Shown: positions 38,954-53,545 of the stretch, piece by piece
How the letters are laid out: each line of letters starts with the position of its first letter
Position numbering within the stretch: position 1 is the first letter of the stretch
Source of the DNA: Ascidiella aspersa
Taxonomy: Eukaryota
Direction: 5' to 3'
Length of the DNA stretch: 64,000 bases
NCBI GenBank assembly: GCA_963924565.1
Contig: OZ004607.1
Location: forward strand, 30,814,001-30,878,000
Made by a program: the position numbers and the translations under genes
The notes under the pieces: generated by a model
The model's input: only the letters and a program-made list of their open reading frames with translations
Database searches by the model: none
What the model was told of the DNA's origin: nothing

Positions 38954-39684
38954 TCGGAGCAAAGGCATTAAAGAAAAGGGCACATAGAAATCTCATCCTG
39001 CCTTCTAAAATTAGACGCGTATGGCTTAGGGTACAGCACCAGCAGCGCACCTAAAAGCTATCTAGATCGTGCCGTTGCGTGCGCCGTTTGCGTAGGAACA
39101 TCGACTGTGGGAAAAGTCGCAGGAGCGTAGAGCGTAAGGCCTGGACCTCATTTGCAGCACGGCCTACTTTGGACCCTACGTCAGTCGTTTTGTCACTGGG
39201 ACCGGAATTGAGCATGGCTTATCATGAACCCCAACCAACGCTGGCGCATTGCGTCACTCCGCAAAGGCCCAGTGCGCCTCATCGCGCGAGGACTTTGCGT
39301 CAAGAAAGCGGTGTGCGTCAAAACGTGCATTGGCGTGCTAAGGTCTACTTGGCATGGTCAGATGTTTTAAGGGAATAGGATTTTAAGGCCTGTTTTCGTC
39401 GTTAAGCCTGGAAATTTTTATTTTTAGACACATTTTTGGGCTTTTCATACCGACATGAATTAAACTTTACAAAGAAGCCTACATCTTTACTGTCAATATA
39501 AGCTGTTTTTCAAATGAGCCTGGCCCATTTTAAAGCGGCCAAGACCGTTTAGTGACAGAACAGAGAAAACGAATTAGGTAAAATCAGGCAACAAGGCGCT
39601 TTCCGAAACAAGCATAGAAACCGGCTTTGAACAGTCTTTGGGGTTATTACGGGTCACCTGAACAGTCCGTAGCTCTGTGCACTT

Positions 39685-39787
39685 GCCAGCGGTGGCACTC
39701 CGGTTTATATCCGCGCCGGTTCAAATGCGGCGATCGCCGTTGGGAAAGTTCCCGAAGTCTAAGGTTCGACGCCCGCCTCTGACACCA
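39685..39787 (+). pseudogene. tRNA-Leu(CAA)-like relic or tRNA-derived SINE head
   Basis: Anticodon arm cgccg-g-ttCAAat-g-cggcg, B-box GGTTCGACGCC, 3' end ctctgacaCCA; mismatched stems and an oversized variable region. Confidence 0.5.
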
Positions 39788-42700
39788 AATCTCTAAATAG
39801 CAGAAATGCTCGCACCCGTATCGTTTTGAATGCCAACTTATCGAGACGTTACGTCACCGCCACGAGCTCTGACGTAGGGCGTCTATATTTCGTGACGGTG
39901 ATGCAACGACACGTAACGCCCGATCAGGGTTGTATGCAAAACTGTATAGAATAAAGTGTATTGTCGCCTCGCGCTTAACATCTCACGAATCAATCGTATT
40001 TGGTGAAGTGATTGCGTGAGAAAAAAACTTACTTTCGTTTAATTGTCATTGTGGCGAAATAATTAGACTCGATTGCTTTGGACGTCAATAGCGCCCATTG
40101 CTCGTGACAAAGACAACTCAAGGCATCCCTACCAATTCTATTTTCTTTAAACTGACGCGACTTCCCAATTACGTATACCGTTGCATCGTGTTCTAAATGG
40201 GAAGGGGGCCTTACCAAACCGGCCCACAATAAAGTAATTACGCAAGCCGACAGTGACAAACGCACGTAGGCACCAGCACATCATGATGCCAAGCTCCATA
40301 AAAAAGCCAATTAAAGATACGTCATGCGCCTGGCGCCAAGTGTCAATCAATCATCCGTCGAAGTAAATCGGACCATGACAAAACAGACGGCCGCCGCTTA
40401 AAGGTTTTGCCGGATCCGCTAAATATACCCGTTGTTTTAAGAAGGCATGTTTTTAAATCGGTTCTGGGCAATTGGCCAATCGATCTATTTCTGTTGGCGG
40501 CGAATGCATTGATGTTTTCGTCGACCTTTTGTCTGTCCTATGATGACGAACGTCCTTTGCAATTCCTGCGATAGTTTTGCTTTTTTGCTGCTAAATGAGA
40601 TTTTGCAACTTCACACAACTTCTTTGGCAATAATGCGATTAAGAGTGTACTATAAGACATATTATTTTGTACTTTCCGTTGGAAATTATTTCCATCGTAG
40701 ACGTCAAACATTAAAAAATATGCCCTTAATGAAACGCGTGTGCTACTATACCCTAAAACTGTTCAAATCACTGAGGGCGGATATTGCCTTCCAGCATTAC
40801 TGTCATGGTGTACTTTGGCCGCACATTGACGTTGTCGCTTTAAGGTTGCTGCACGAACCATTGGAAAAACTTCGGCGATTAGAATGACGTTATCCGTATA
40901 CAACTTGCCAAGGCTCGCATATGAGGTTGCAATAATCACTTGAGATGCCCTTATATATGGTTGTCGACGCCTTATGTTTGGTTTTGTCCCATCATTGAAA
41001 ACGCGCAATCCAAAATCCCGCGTCAACATCATGCACGCAATGCTATTTTCGAACAACCGGTAGAGGAAGATTTAGGTCACATGGCTGTCCTGGCTTGCAT
41101 TCAATTCCTTTCCATAAGAGCGTCATTCTCATGACTAATGCAGCAAAACTGATTTGGAATTTCATCGGAGCACTTAGTGTAAAATCCACTGACGTAAACT
41201 AAATGCGCAATACTTTTCCTAAACCCTAAAGTGTTTTCGGCTTCTCACGGTTTCGGCTTCTCACGGCAACTTAGAACTAAACAGTGAACTGTAGTTGGAA
41301 ATTCTTGTAATGCACTCATACAAATGAACATAGCTGTATTTAACTGCAGGTCTGATCTCTATTCCACGCAACTATTCACAAGAGCAGTGTTATTTTTAAT
41401 TTGTACGACAGCAGAGTCCTTCATACACTTCGTAGGCCGCTCTTCGTTATTTTTAACCAACTCTTCAGTATTTTTATCCTGTACTATTAATGCCACACTG
41501 AACGGTTAAAAACACTTTAAACACTTTATCGAACTTTCAGAAAGCAAAGAAATGAGCCTCGTGAAGAAATGCTGTGACCAAAATAGTCCGTGTTTAAAAT
41601 ACAAAAAACTTCCCGAAATATGCAAAACAAACTATAAAGCAGCGATTCGGTCGTTTTAATACGGAAAAACTCAATGCTCCATTGGTTAAAACAGGTTCGA
41701 AAGTAAAGTCCTTTTTACCTAAAAGAAATATTTTTGAGCCTTGAACAATGAAATTATTCTTGAGCCTTAATAATAACTTGGAAACCTTACCTCCCCCCCC
41801 CCCTGAATGCTCTGCGCCATTATTTCGCATTGCTGCCTTTTTACTAATAGAAGTGGAACCGCGTATTTGTCTCAAAAACTTTGCATCAAAACTTTGCCTG
41901 ACTGAGCTCAACGAACCGGTTTAACCTCGACCATTTTCAGGTTACTCGATCGTATTTTCACGTATTTATGTGGCTTGCAGCGTCATTGCAAAATGAATGG
42001 CGCTCCTAAAAAGTGCCACCGTCATCTCATGCACACAACTATACTAAAAATAGATATTGTGCAATCGCCCAGCAATTTGGAGTTACCGCAATAGGGTGAC
42101 TGTTTTTTCGCAACGTTTATCTTGTGAAATGTCATTGCATGATTTTCCAATTACTCATCGTGAAGAAATAACAGAATAGCCATGCTGCTTAAAAAACTCC
42201 ACAGGAATGCGAATCATTGTCCAATTTGAACTGTCGTGTTTCCTAACTTTGCCTTAAACGTCGTAAAATGATAACTGATTAAACGCTACGTGATTTTGTG
42301 GTTTGCTTAGATTTTAAAACATATTCGTTTCGTTTAATTTGGCCATATGCCCAACCATACAGTATAATCGACGGAAGCTTCAAAAAATTGACGGTCACTT
42401 GATCTTCACGTAATTTTAATCCACTGCGTTGTTTAGAGCTGGTATCGCCTGATTTGCGATATTTTAGTTCTCACTGTTAATATTATGATAAAAAACGCGA
42501 TTTTTAAGCTCATGATAAGCTAAATCTTCAAACACATTTTTAAGCTCATAAAAAGCTAAATCTTCAAAGTTTAACACGATTTTAGTGTGTTCTCACTGCT
42601 AAATTAGCAGTGCTAATTATCTTACAATGAAAAAATCCGCGATTTTCAAGATTGTAGAAAGCTCTATCTTCGATCACACATACAACACGAATACTTTTTT

Positions 42701-44649
42701 GCCTCTAAGCTCGCTCTATCCCTCTTCGAACAAATCCAAACGCGAATTTTCGTGGGGGCTACAGAATCACTTTTTCTCGTCTTCGCCTATAATAGTCGCC
42801 GCGTTCGTGCGGGCCAAACCTTGCCTGGCCGTACTAAAGCAGGTCTCCTTCAACGGAGGACCCACGAAGCGGGTCGTCTAATTGCGCGCCAGGCGGGCGA
42901 GTTTATTTACGCCCTGGGTCACAATTAACGCCGCCTAATCGCTAGCCCGGGCCCGATTACGCTGGCTGAATCGTCATTACCCACGTACAAGTGGCGTTAG
43001 GTCATAGCTGCCCGCTCTGGGACGACGTGTGCATTGCACGGGAAAGGTCGGCGATGTTTAGACGAGGCTCGGTCGGCCGTGGGAAAAGTTGGTTCGGGCA
43101 TAGGTCTGCGCTTTCCAGCTATTTTTTTAGCATGCCGCATATGCCCTACTTGAGCTAATTATTCTCTGAGCGGCATTGCTGCAAAACATTGTCAAGTGGC
43201 AGCTGAGTTAGCCGGATTTTTGACATGTACCCCATTCCAATTTAACGACAGCAAATTCAAAACTATTTGAGTGCAACTAACATAGAAACTGTATCATAGA
43301 AATAGTTTTTGAAAACTATTTTCCTTCATCCTTCTCGTGAAACGATTGAAACGTAGAATCGACTAAAAGAAGAAGTAACAGGTTCGCAGCCGCTTTGTCT
43401 CGCAACATGCCGACGCAATTTTATGATACGTTTTTGAAGTCGTTTTCCCGATTCCCGGCCAATTACTGGCCGCCTAATGACCTATTGTCCTTTTCGTTCC
43501 CAAGGTCTTACGTAGGTTACGGCATTAATTTCGCCGGTGCGGCCGAGTGTTGCGTTTTTGTTTAAAAATTAGTCCTTGACTCCTTTTGAAAAGGTCCTCG
43601 TCGCGAGACAGGCGACTTCGCGAAGGCTATCGTTATATATTAGCGAAATTAGACGCAATTTTAAGTGCGCCCTTTTATCAGTTTTTAATTCTAACTTCTT
43701 TAAATAAGCTGACTGCAATTACTGTATATTTTGTGCTAGTAAGTCAATATCACCTAAAAACAGTCGCTGTGAGCGTCCCTCTCTGCCAAATACACTACAT
43801 TTTTAGGGAAAAACTATTTTCAATTTATTTTCGAGTGTCATCGATTTTTTATGGTTTTACTCTAACCGAAAAGGTTCGATGCGCGAGTCCATATTTTCTC
43901 TTCTAATTTGTAGTGTACTCTATACGATTTTCGTAAAAACATTCTTTACTTACCCATCTGCCTTGGTTATGTTAAGCTCATACTAATGCTATCTCTTTAG
44001 AAGAACTTTGTTAAAGTGAATGTCTTCTCTAGCTTGGGTTTTCACTTGTCGTCTGCACTTAATGCACTCAGCGTACAGGGGCGTGTCTTTAAGTTCACCA
44101 GTTGAGAGTTTCAACAGGCCGTTTATCGTGTCTCACAATTACACATTAACTATCTCACTGCGCACTTAAAACTAGGAGTAATCGCACTATTGGCTGCAGT
44201 GACTGCGGTTCCGCAACGGAAGCTTTTTGACACTACTACTATACTCGTCTTGTTTACCATCTCAAAAATTAAGAGTGTTACGTCATTACCATACTAGTGT
44301 AATCCCAAAGAAATTAGCAATCTGTCCCGATATAACAGGGCACCAGAAAACATAAAATCCCCTTGAGTTTAAAGTGTTTTCCACGTGTGGTGCATTTCAA
44401 TAAAATGTGACAATGCAAGTGTAGGCTACAATTAAAACAACGACAGTGAGAAACATAGTCATATTTGCCGAAACGCGAATCAAATGTCAGTTAGACCAAG
44501 TGTAAAAGGCAATTATATATATTTTTTAATCTATCAAGGTCATAAATTAGGTCACTGTGAAAATTCACAGTGTGCCGTTAACATTATAAAGCTTAAGAAA
44601 ATATGAAAGTCCTGAACGTTTTGAGTAACTATATATGATTGCGCAATAT

Positions 44650-44950
44650 TTCGTCAAGTTTTTCAAATTAGAGAGCGCATCTATAATTACCCACTTTGTT
44701 AGTTGCGTTGAGGTCTGGAACAACACAACTTAGCTTGACTGTCTACATTTTTGAATACAAGAAAAATGTCTTCGAGATACAAGAAAATACCAAATTCTCT
44801 AAAGTGACAGTTAGTAGTCTTGCGAAACATCAGCTATGTTCTTCTAATGTTTCAAAAAAAATCTGCTTTTAAGATTCTGGTGTACAACTATATAAAAAAG
44901 CACCTCACCCGAACAATGTATGACTCATAAAACGACATTTATGGGGAGTA
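44650..44950 (+). mobile_element. decayed LINE ORF2 C-terminal fragment
   Basis: SIITHFVSCVEVWNNTT*...IQEKCLR resembles the YC..VW...LQK.C.R motif; in-frame stops. Confidence 0.4.
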
Positions 44951-45468
44951 TTTGGGCATCCTGTCTCGTCAATTGTATTAGCCTGCCTAATGTAACATTG
45001 CCGCATGGAAAGTATCTTTTGCAAAGTATTATAATCGGGTCGCGAAAATCGCGAACGATACGCTTCGTTGGTGTTGGAGATTGGCTTAGGTCTTATCGCC
45101 ACGACCTCAATACAATTGTATTTTAGAGCTCCCTTGGTGGTACTTTGTTCAATTTTATATTTTGTGCGACCTGGAATTGTGGTGTTTACTCATACGATCA
45201 ACAGGTGGTGCATTGTCAGAAGCAAAACTATAGTTTAAATTTAGTCCTATAATAGTTAAATACGAAATATACGTTTTTAAATGAGCAAGACTACGATTTT
45301 TACCAAACATTCTCTTTGGACATTAGTATTCTTTTGGTCTTTGCTCTCTTACTGGTAACAGTACCGGGCTCATTGTGACTTTCCGTTGCGAAGTAACAAC
45401 ACAACAGATATTGGTATGCTCCCTTGATTGTATAGAGAGCGTTTTTATTGTCAACCAGTCGTCTATAA

Positions 45469-45863
45469 CCGTGCTTCTTAAACTTTTTTAGTTTTGTTCA
45501 CCCCTTGCATCTATCTCCGGATTTCATTCACCCTTGTCTCATGTTATGATAAAACTATCTCGTCTATATATAACAGCACAAAATGATTTAGGTTGTTTCG
45601 ATTTTTGTTAAGATCAACTTAAGCTAAGTTTTACCATTGCAAATCTACAATTTCTCGAGTCCAGGGACTTATACAATCAGTGCAAACCAACTTCACTATT
45701 ACAATAAGAAATAACACCGAAAAAGAACAGTTTACTAGTCGTTTTACTGCAGAGCTATCATCCATTTCTGACGGTTCACCCTTATTCACCCCTTTAGGTT
45801 GGTTTCCCGTGAAAAAGTTTGATTCACCCTGGGGTGAACCATTGACCTGTTTAAGAAACACTG
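45469..45863. mobile_element. hAT (Charlie-like) MITE
   Basis: Ends ccgtgcttcttaaac / gtttaagaaacactg; perfect 8-bp TSD gtctataa. Confidence 0.85.
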
Positions 45864-48800
45864 GTCTATAATCCACTTACACCTGAGTCGGTTTGCTTAT
45901 CTAATGACGTTGTGATTTTGGGTAACGTACTTTTAAGTACAGGGATTCAGTAAATTTATTGTTCACTGATCGTCATGTTTCCAAAACCTATACGTGTCGC
46001 TCCTAAACCCGCAATATTGCTTGCTGGATTGCATTTTGGCTCGAACGCGTCGCAATAAACGTCTCTAAAAATAGTGGCCTCGTGTGTTGTTAAGAGCTCA
46101 GGATATCTCGATTTGCTGTTGCGTTACGTGACTTTTGTCTTCTTGCGTGCGGCAATAAGCATTCCGAATGTGAATGGGTGATCTAGAGGTTAAATATACA
46201 CCATTTCCTGATATCACGCCCTTTTTATTGCAACGAAATATATATACATTGCTTTGGCGCAAACAACAGCTTTCCAGGTCCAAAATACACTTTGCTTACA
46301 CGATAAAGGCGTTTATGCGTATTTTTACGCCTCAGTTGAATTTTGTATTTGTTTAGCAGTTGTTTGAAAATTGCAATACGATAAACAACAAAATATTACC
46401 CTTTTTCGATCTAAGCAACTTTACAACACCATTTAATCCTAAACAATAACCCAAATTTGAGACACTTAAATATAATTTCAATGAAATGCTTATATTCTCC
46501 TCAATTCGAAATTAAAATTTCATTTCTAGATAAAAATCGTTGTTCGCTAACTAGAATCTTATAATCACCTCAGCCTAAGCAACATATAAAACGTATTTGT
46601 TGATCGGTAATGAAACAAATCTATCAAAATTCTGGTAACATTTCGGTCTTGCTGTGTCACACATCTTTCAAATATAGGTTTTAATTTTCAAAGTTTGAAG
46701 ATATTCTTATATACGTGAAAAAATATGTATGTTCAATTAGCCGATCTCGTGTATCCGAAAAGAACCTCAATTTCCTTCATTTCTTCGCCAATAAACCCCC
46801 CACCATCAGTATATGTAAATCTTAATTGGTTTCTTCTTGGTTGCCAAGTTTTGAGTTGCTTATTTTTGCTGCTTCCCTGATTCTGTGTGAGCACGTCCTT
46901 TTTTGGATTTCCAGTAACCACGGCAAGTGTTGGCAGGACTGCCTGCAAGAGATTGAAGGGTTTATTTTTGGAGTTTACTGATCTGTGCAAAAGCAGTCAC
47001 ACGTGCCTTTAAGATTGCTGGTAAAACCAAATCTTGAAAACTATATTTGGATTACAAGTTACATAATTTTCTTGCACGACAAATTTATAGCTTTTACAAC
47101 CTGCAGTGGCGAAATCTTAAAAAAAATACGATTTGATGAGAAACTAGCATTATAGTACCTATATGGATAACAAATGATTTTGTGCAGATAAGGTTTCTTG
47201 CGACGATCTAGCAAGATAAACGACGCACATGCGTAATAATCAAAGCCTACCTTGGTCGAAACGTAGGCTATACCTGTCATATTAATGCACTGCCTACTGT
47301 TATTCATAGTTTTCAAATTAGTGTCTAACGGCGCCATGAGGTGAAAAACGTATTTTTTTAAAAAAAAAGTGTATCTGATAAATTAAGTGGCAACTCGCAT
47401 CATATTGTTCAATACTCTTGAATACCAAGAAACGGATTGTGGATGATTTATATGCCCAAACAGATAAACGCATCTGATTTGCAATTAATGTACAAAATGA
47501 ATACCGCACATGCTAAATGACTTAAACAGCGTACAGTATAGTCTATTAACATTTCTGGTTTCATCGTGTTAAAAATACTAACGTATTTTTGTGGAGGAAG
47601 TTGGTAAAGTATTTAGCAGGCTTGTTAGTACTCATGGATAACAAGAAATCAATTGCAAACAAGAACTTTGCCATAAACTGCAACTTATTTGAATTGGAAA
47701 TCCGATCCAATCAACACATCGGGTTCATTAAACCGCCAAGACCCTGAAAGAGCAGCACATTGCCTTATCTGGCGCGAGTCGGCATTCTTTGACCGGGCGC
47801 CATTACCATTCAAGGAACCTCCGCCACCTCCCTGGCGCGGCTGGCTTCTCCGTAATAGGAAGGAAGGAAGTGCCGAAATGAGTTCTGTCCAAATGCATAA
47901 TAAGCAAACTACAAATTGATTTGCAATCAGCACCGTTTGCCAATCTTATCCGATGCTGTTTTAATGCGCATTGGCATAAGTGTTTTTGGTGCTTAATTCT
48001 CCCTGGTTCGCCTTAGCCTAACTGCTGCTAAAAATAAATATCGAATGCTTTTTAAAATTATATATATTTTTTTAAATTATAATAATGTTTTTTTAACTTT
48101 ATCGTGTTATCACAATAAACCAACAATAAACAAATAGGAAATAAAAACACGCGTGATGATAATTCAAACCCAAATGGGATTTAATCAATATAATGAATAA
48201 ATCGCTTTAAAATCAAGATCAGTTTTTAATCAGACACCAGGTGCTCTATTAATATCAAGATTTAAATGCAAAAGATAATTATAATCTTTAGCATTAATTA
48301 AATAAAATTCCCCCACCCTCAACCATTCCGCCTACAACCAAACCCTATCTATGCACAATCCCCACTCGCCCATGAGACAGCGCTGTAAGAAAGCGTGAAG
48401 TCGCCCCGGAGTGGGTTTCTTCGAAGACTGAAAACTCGAAATCCGGCGACGCCGACTTGCCTGTCCTGGCGCGACCCTCAAATCAAAATCGAATTACCGC
48501 TTTTGGAATACCCCCGTTTTTAATTTTATGCATTTGAATAAACAGCGTTGAGGTCATCACTTCTCGTTCTCGCGACTACTTTGACATTTGAGACTTTTTG
48601 GTGGAACGTCAGGTTTTTCAAAGTCTTTAACCGATTGTCGCATTAATTACATTCCTTCGACTAAAATGCCTCCACGTTAGTTAAGTCATCTGTATGTTTG
48701 GATTGATGGTTATCTTTGATTATATGTTCAAGTCCGCCGCACGTTTAGTGCAAAATTGCTCTGAGGTGTTTTGATGATAATAGCAAGGCAACACACCGCT

Positions 48801-50236
48801 TTGCCAGAAAAACTTCTTCTTCTGGCTATTTATTTATTTCTATTTAGAAATACTTATTACAGGACGAGAGTTAGCTTCTCGTTTTCCAAGTAACCCCCAT
48901 TGTTGATTTTACCATGATATCTGATATAGCCTAAATGCAAATACCAGTTGCCTTTTATCAAAAAAAAAATGCATATCAAGTTTCGCAACGATAAGCTCAA
49001 TGGCTCAAGTGACTAATAAAGAAAATACACCAGCCTTGTATTTCGAAGATCTTTTATAGGAGAAACTCGTTGCGATATGCTTGCCTGAGATAATGCATCA
49101 AAACTATGATTCTTATTGCGATGTAAATCTCCGTGCAATGGTGGCGTATACTCTCTACATTTTGGCTCTGATTAGAAATCACTGCAGCATTGGTAGGATT
49201 ATGTCTTTATAACTACTATGAGGGTTCCTTTTGATTTTGCTCTGGCCAAAATCTGTATAAGGTTGACACATGTTATGTTGACGGTTTATACACATTAGAT
49301 GCTGGTAAGGTAAACTTGGTAAGCAGACCCGTGATTATCATTTGTTATGATGCAAACCATCACGCTTTGATGAAAAATTGATAATCCTACATATATATGG
49401 CAAACGTATGGCAAATATACAAAAAATAAGTTACAATAAACGATGCAAAGTTGGTGTAAACCTAGTTTGGTTCCGAAATTTCAAATATAAATTATGTCTA
49501 CCTTAGGTAATGAATTGTATTCGTTCCATATTGGGTAACGGGCGTATATGATCTACCGGCGATACTAATACAACGTATCGAAGTATAAGACCTGCTATTT
49601 CATATCAGAGCTGATCCAAACTTATTAAGCATTCCAAATCGTGATCGGCTGTGTTATCCGTGTATTGTCTTTCCCAATCACAACAACGCCTAATGCTGCA
49701 CTTATGGGTTTTTGGTTCGTCCCCGGGAGCATTTGGGTTGCTTTGGTCTCGCGCGTTTTTGTTGCTTGCGTGAGATATTTCCACAAGACTCGGTTTAATT
49801 ATATGCATGAGGTCGAATGGGTTCGGACCCATTTGACACGATAGGAATTGTTGGTACAAATCACTTTTCCCATTGACTGTAAATCACTAAGTTTTTGTAT
49901 TCGATTTTTTTGAATTATGGCAAAAACCTGAAGACACTCTCATTTTTGGCGTGACTCTCTACACTGCAGGCATCCCTGAGTTTCCATCGATTTACCGAGT
50001 TGCTTGTTATGGTCATGATAACATAAAAACAAATATACTATGGGAAATGTTTACAAAATGCCATCTGCTTATCTTTCGGGTTACAATTTCGAAGCAATTT
50101 CGAAGCCTCCCTAACGACCTATAAGAAGCACCCTGGTCTGCTTTAACACCGTGTTAATCTTTCTTCTTTTACTGCTAAATGTTAAAAATGTCAAAAACGA
50201 ACGATTTGTTTTTAATCCCATGACATATATTTGCAG

Positions 50237-50395
50237 GTGCTTTTCTGGGGTCTTCGCGACCTGAAGCGTGTCCAGCTGATCTCGGTCGACCAACCGCGCG
50301 TGGACATCGAGATTGCAGGGAGGTCAGTGTCCTCCTGTCTTATTACCAACTACAAGAAGAACCCAAACTTTGCGGAACCTGTTAAGTTTATCGAG
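50237..50395 (+). CDS. OTOF: otoferlin exon (C2-like domain after C2D)
   Basis: ttgcag|GTG...GAG|gtgggt; [25 protein letters not shown]...NYKKNPNF. Confidence 0.95.
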
Positions 50396-53300
50396 GTGGG
50401 TTTTGAACCGAGGTCGGCGTCAATAAAATACGCCGAAATTCACGATCGTTTTTGTACGTCATTCGCCTTGGTAAAGGCCTTTCTGAAATCGGGCTAACTG
50501 AAAAACCACCTAAAAATGTTCAACACTCAAAAACGGGTTGAACTTAGACTGTTATTTAAAAATATTAGAAGCGTTATTTTGAATTATTGGAAGAGGTGTC
50601 GGTTTTGAAACTATGCTTTGTATTTTTTTAAGATGAATACGTTGATTACTCAGTCAAGATATGACGGCGCCACGTTTTTACTATTTCAACAATAAGTGAT
50701 CTTTAATGGAACTCAGATTTTTTTAAATGAAATTTGCAAAAAAAGAGTCCATTTGTTTTTTAAGTTAAATTTTTGTTGACCAATATTCGTTAAACAAACA
50801 ATGACAATGATTTTGTTTGATTTCGCGTTTCACAGCTTTCCGCTTTCGACGTAACTGAGTCTCGTTGACAGTCATTTTCCGGGTATTTAAAGTTGGCGTT
50901 GTACAGTATATATACGCACGAGTTCCACGTACTCGTGCGTGAACGTGAAAGGCAAATCAACAGTATACGCTCCTCGACGTGTTGGGTTATAACGCATACA
51001 GGGTCAACGGAACTGCTGCTATTTCCTTGCAGAATGTCAGCGAAGCGCGAGAACGTTAATCTACACATTTAACGTATTTCACGGATGGCATATGGCGCTG
51101 GTTTTGATTAATGAACGTCGGATAATGTCGGCAGCATGCCAAGAAAGCGTCAACTGAAAAGTTCAATCTAAAATTAAAAGACAAGTTGTAGTAAATCTCA
51201 AAATAAATCTTGGCTGTGATTGACAGCGGCAAAGTCACGCCTTTACGTTGAAATAGTTTTTCGATTCATCAGAAACATGTTTTTGTCTGGAGTTGACAAT
51301 ATTTAAATCAAGTATTCTTGGGAGTTTCTCGCTTTGCAAATCACGCTGAGCTGTTACCCGAAAAGTTGTTTGATTGATGTGGAAGGACAAGTGTTGTCTG
51401 GCTTAAAGCTTATGTAAAACAAATTTAGCCCAGCACAGAAACTTTCCAAATGCCACGTGGTCTGAAATTCTTCTTTCTGTAAATATCGCTCCTAATTTGG
51501 TAGTAGTCTGTTTGGTTCGCAAAGATGGCGCTCAATAGAATTCACGCTGACATTGAGGTCTTAAGTGTGACGATACATGTTGTCTGGCTGTTTGCACGTT
51601 CAAATTATTAATTCAGGAGATGCTGAGCCAATCACTTTATCATGTAATCAGCCACCTAGGCGGTCATTTTTTTAGCCCTAAATTCGTGTACATTTTTCAC
51701 AAACCTTAATTAGTATAAAAAATTCCCGAAAAATGTCGTAAGCTAAATTAACCACCTTTCGTAGTTTAGGGATGTGAGCCCTGTCCCCTTTGCTGCGTTA
51801 GGTTAATAACCACATAAATATTAAATACATGTTGAAAATCAATAAAGAGTTATTTGAAACGTTCAAAATTATACCTATACTGTATGGGCTTTGATATTCT
51901 TCCTATGTCTTACTACAACCTACAACCTTTATGTTCCTCACTTGAATACTGTTTAATGAATTACTTTGAGCATATCTCTACTAACATGGAGTTCTAAAGT
52001 ATGTTGAGGGCGCTTTGATGGTTTATATCCGAAGGGTTGAGAAAACAGCAACCGCTTAATGCAATACATTGCGCAATTTTCCTCTCCCTACGAAAATCAC
52101 GGTTTGACACGAAATATCTTGGCCATGTGTGTACTTCGTGTTGTCTGCCGTTGGGTCTATTTGAATGTTATACCTGAAAGCCCAGTACAAAAGTCCCCTA
52201 ACGCCGTCGCCCGTCAGTATGCTATTTTAATCGCGCTATGAAAACAGCCCTTTTTGAACATATCATGCTGTAAATAATGCAGGTTAAAGTCACGCTTTGA
52301 CGATGAACTATTTGCATATTGGCGACTTTTGTAGACATATGTTGTTGTGTAGACATATGTTGTCTGGTGTTAGTCATATTCGAATGCTATACCTGAAAGG
52401 TCAGTAAGTCCCCTAATGGCGGTACGCTATTTTAGTCCCGCCATTGATGCCGAATGGAGCCGGTTAGAACCACGGTCCCACGTTGGAATAACTTGAATCT
52501 CGTGGCCAGACTTGTCGCTACATGTCTGGTTGCAAATTCATCGTGATCTGTTGAGCAAGTTGGACTTTTAAGGGCAAAATAGGCAAGGGGTAATTTCGAT
52601 TGCAAACTTTGACATGCCGGAACGAGAAGTGTCCCGAGCAAAAGCGTCCACTAAAAGGGGTGATGACCTATGCGGTCAGTAGCCGTGTGTCGTCTGGCCG
52701 TGGCCCATTTGAATAATATTCTCGGAAGTTTCTCTCGCAAGCGTGTTAATGTGCTGTAGCGCTGTTTGGTTAACGCCGACGCGGCACTGGCGGTTTAACG
52801 GCATCACAAACAACGGACTAAATGTCGAAACACGCCGGTCAACTATAGCGAGCAGCCTGTATCGGACGCCGATCACGCTTGTTTATTATTCTCGGCCAAC
52901 GCACCGAATAGCCTGTGGTGAAATGTAACCTGTTTGACAATTTTCTCCTGTATACTTGCGATACACGTTCAGTGGCAAAACCTCTTTTCAGAACGAAAGA
53001 CCCTCGGCTTTCCTCCTTTTAAGTAATTCGGTGGGTCGTCTGGAAATCAATATTATTTATTTGGTTAATTTCGTAATACTCTTAAAGCACACTCCGCACA
53101 AGTTGATACAATGCGCATTATTGCAAAAAAAGGATTTAATTTGCGCAGCATTGTATCGACGGAACCCAAAACATACGTAGTAGTGGTATTCTTAACTTAA
53201 CTATAGTCCGAGGCGAAGTATAAAGACTTTGCAAGGCGACAATATGACAGACAAAAAACTCAAAATATTTTAATTTGTGCTTCAACCATTGTAAATCTGT

Positions 53301-53453
53301 TACTAATGTTGTCATGATAAGCTAAATTTGGTTTCCTGCGAATATTTCTGCCAGGGATTTTTTCGTAACTTAACTCGGACATTTCGTGAGAACTAATAGT
53401 ACCCAAAAATACCTTTGAATTGATTTAATTTGTTCAGCGGTTTTTCTTGTTTC

Positions 53454-53545
53454 AATTATTAACCCCGATAAGGCCAGTTGGTATCTTTTCCCAAAACGTC
53501 GGTTTATAACTTCGTTTTCACCAGAAGAGCGATTTTAATCTATTG
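53454..53545 (+). mobile_element. degenerate copy of the same Penelope-like hammerhead repeat
   Basis: aacc-CCGATAA-ggccagttggtatc...-CAAAAC-GTC-ggtt followed by the same caccagaagagcgattt tail; core mutated. Confidence 0.65.

Larger units (their letters stand above)
10929..50236 (+). other. 39.3-kb otoferlin intron hosting antisense nested genes
   Basis: The conserved motif KHRVE|VLFWG is split between 10928 and 50237 with no residues missing. Confidence 0.9.

Noticed and set aside
47685-47933. ORF with signal-peptide-like start and poly-Gly
   Set aside because: It starts at GTG with no in-frame ATG and no partner exons were found.
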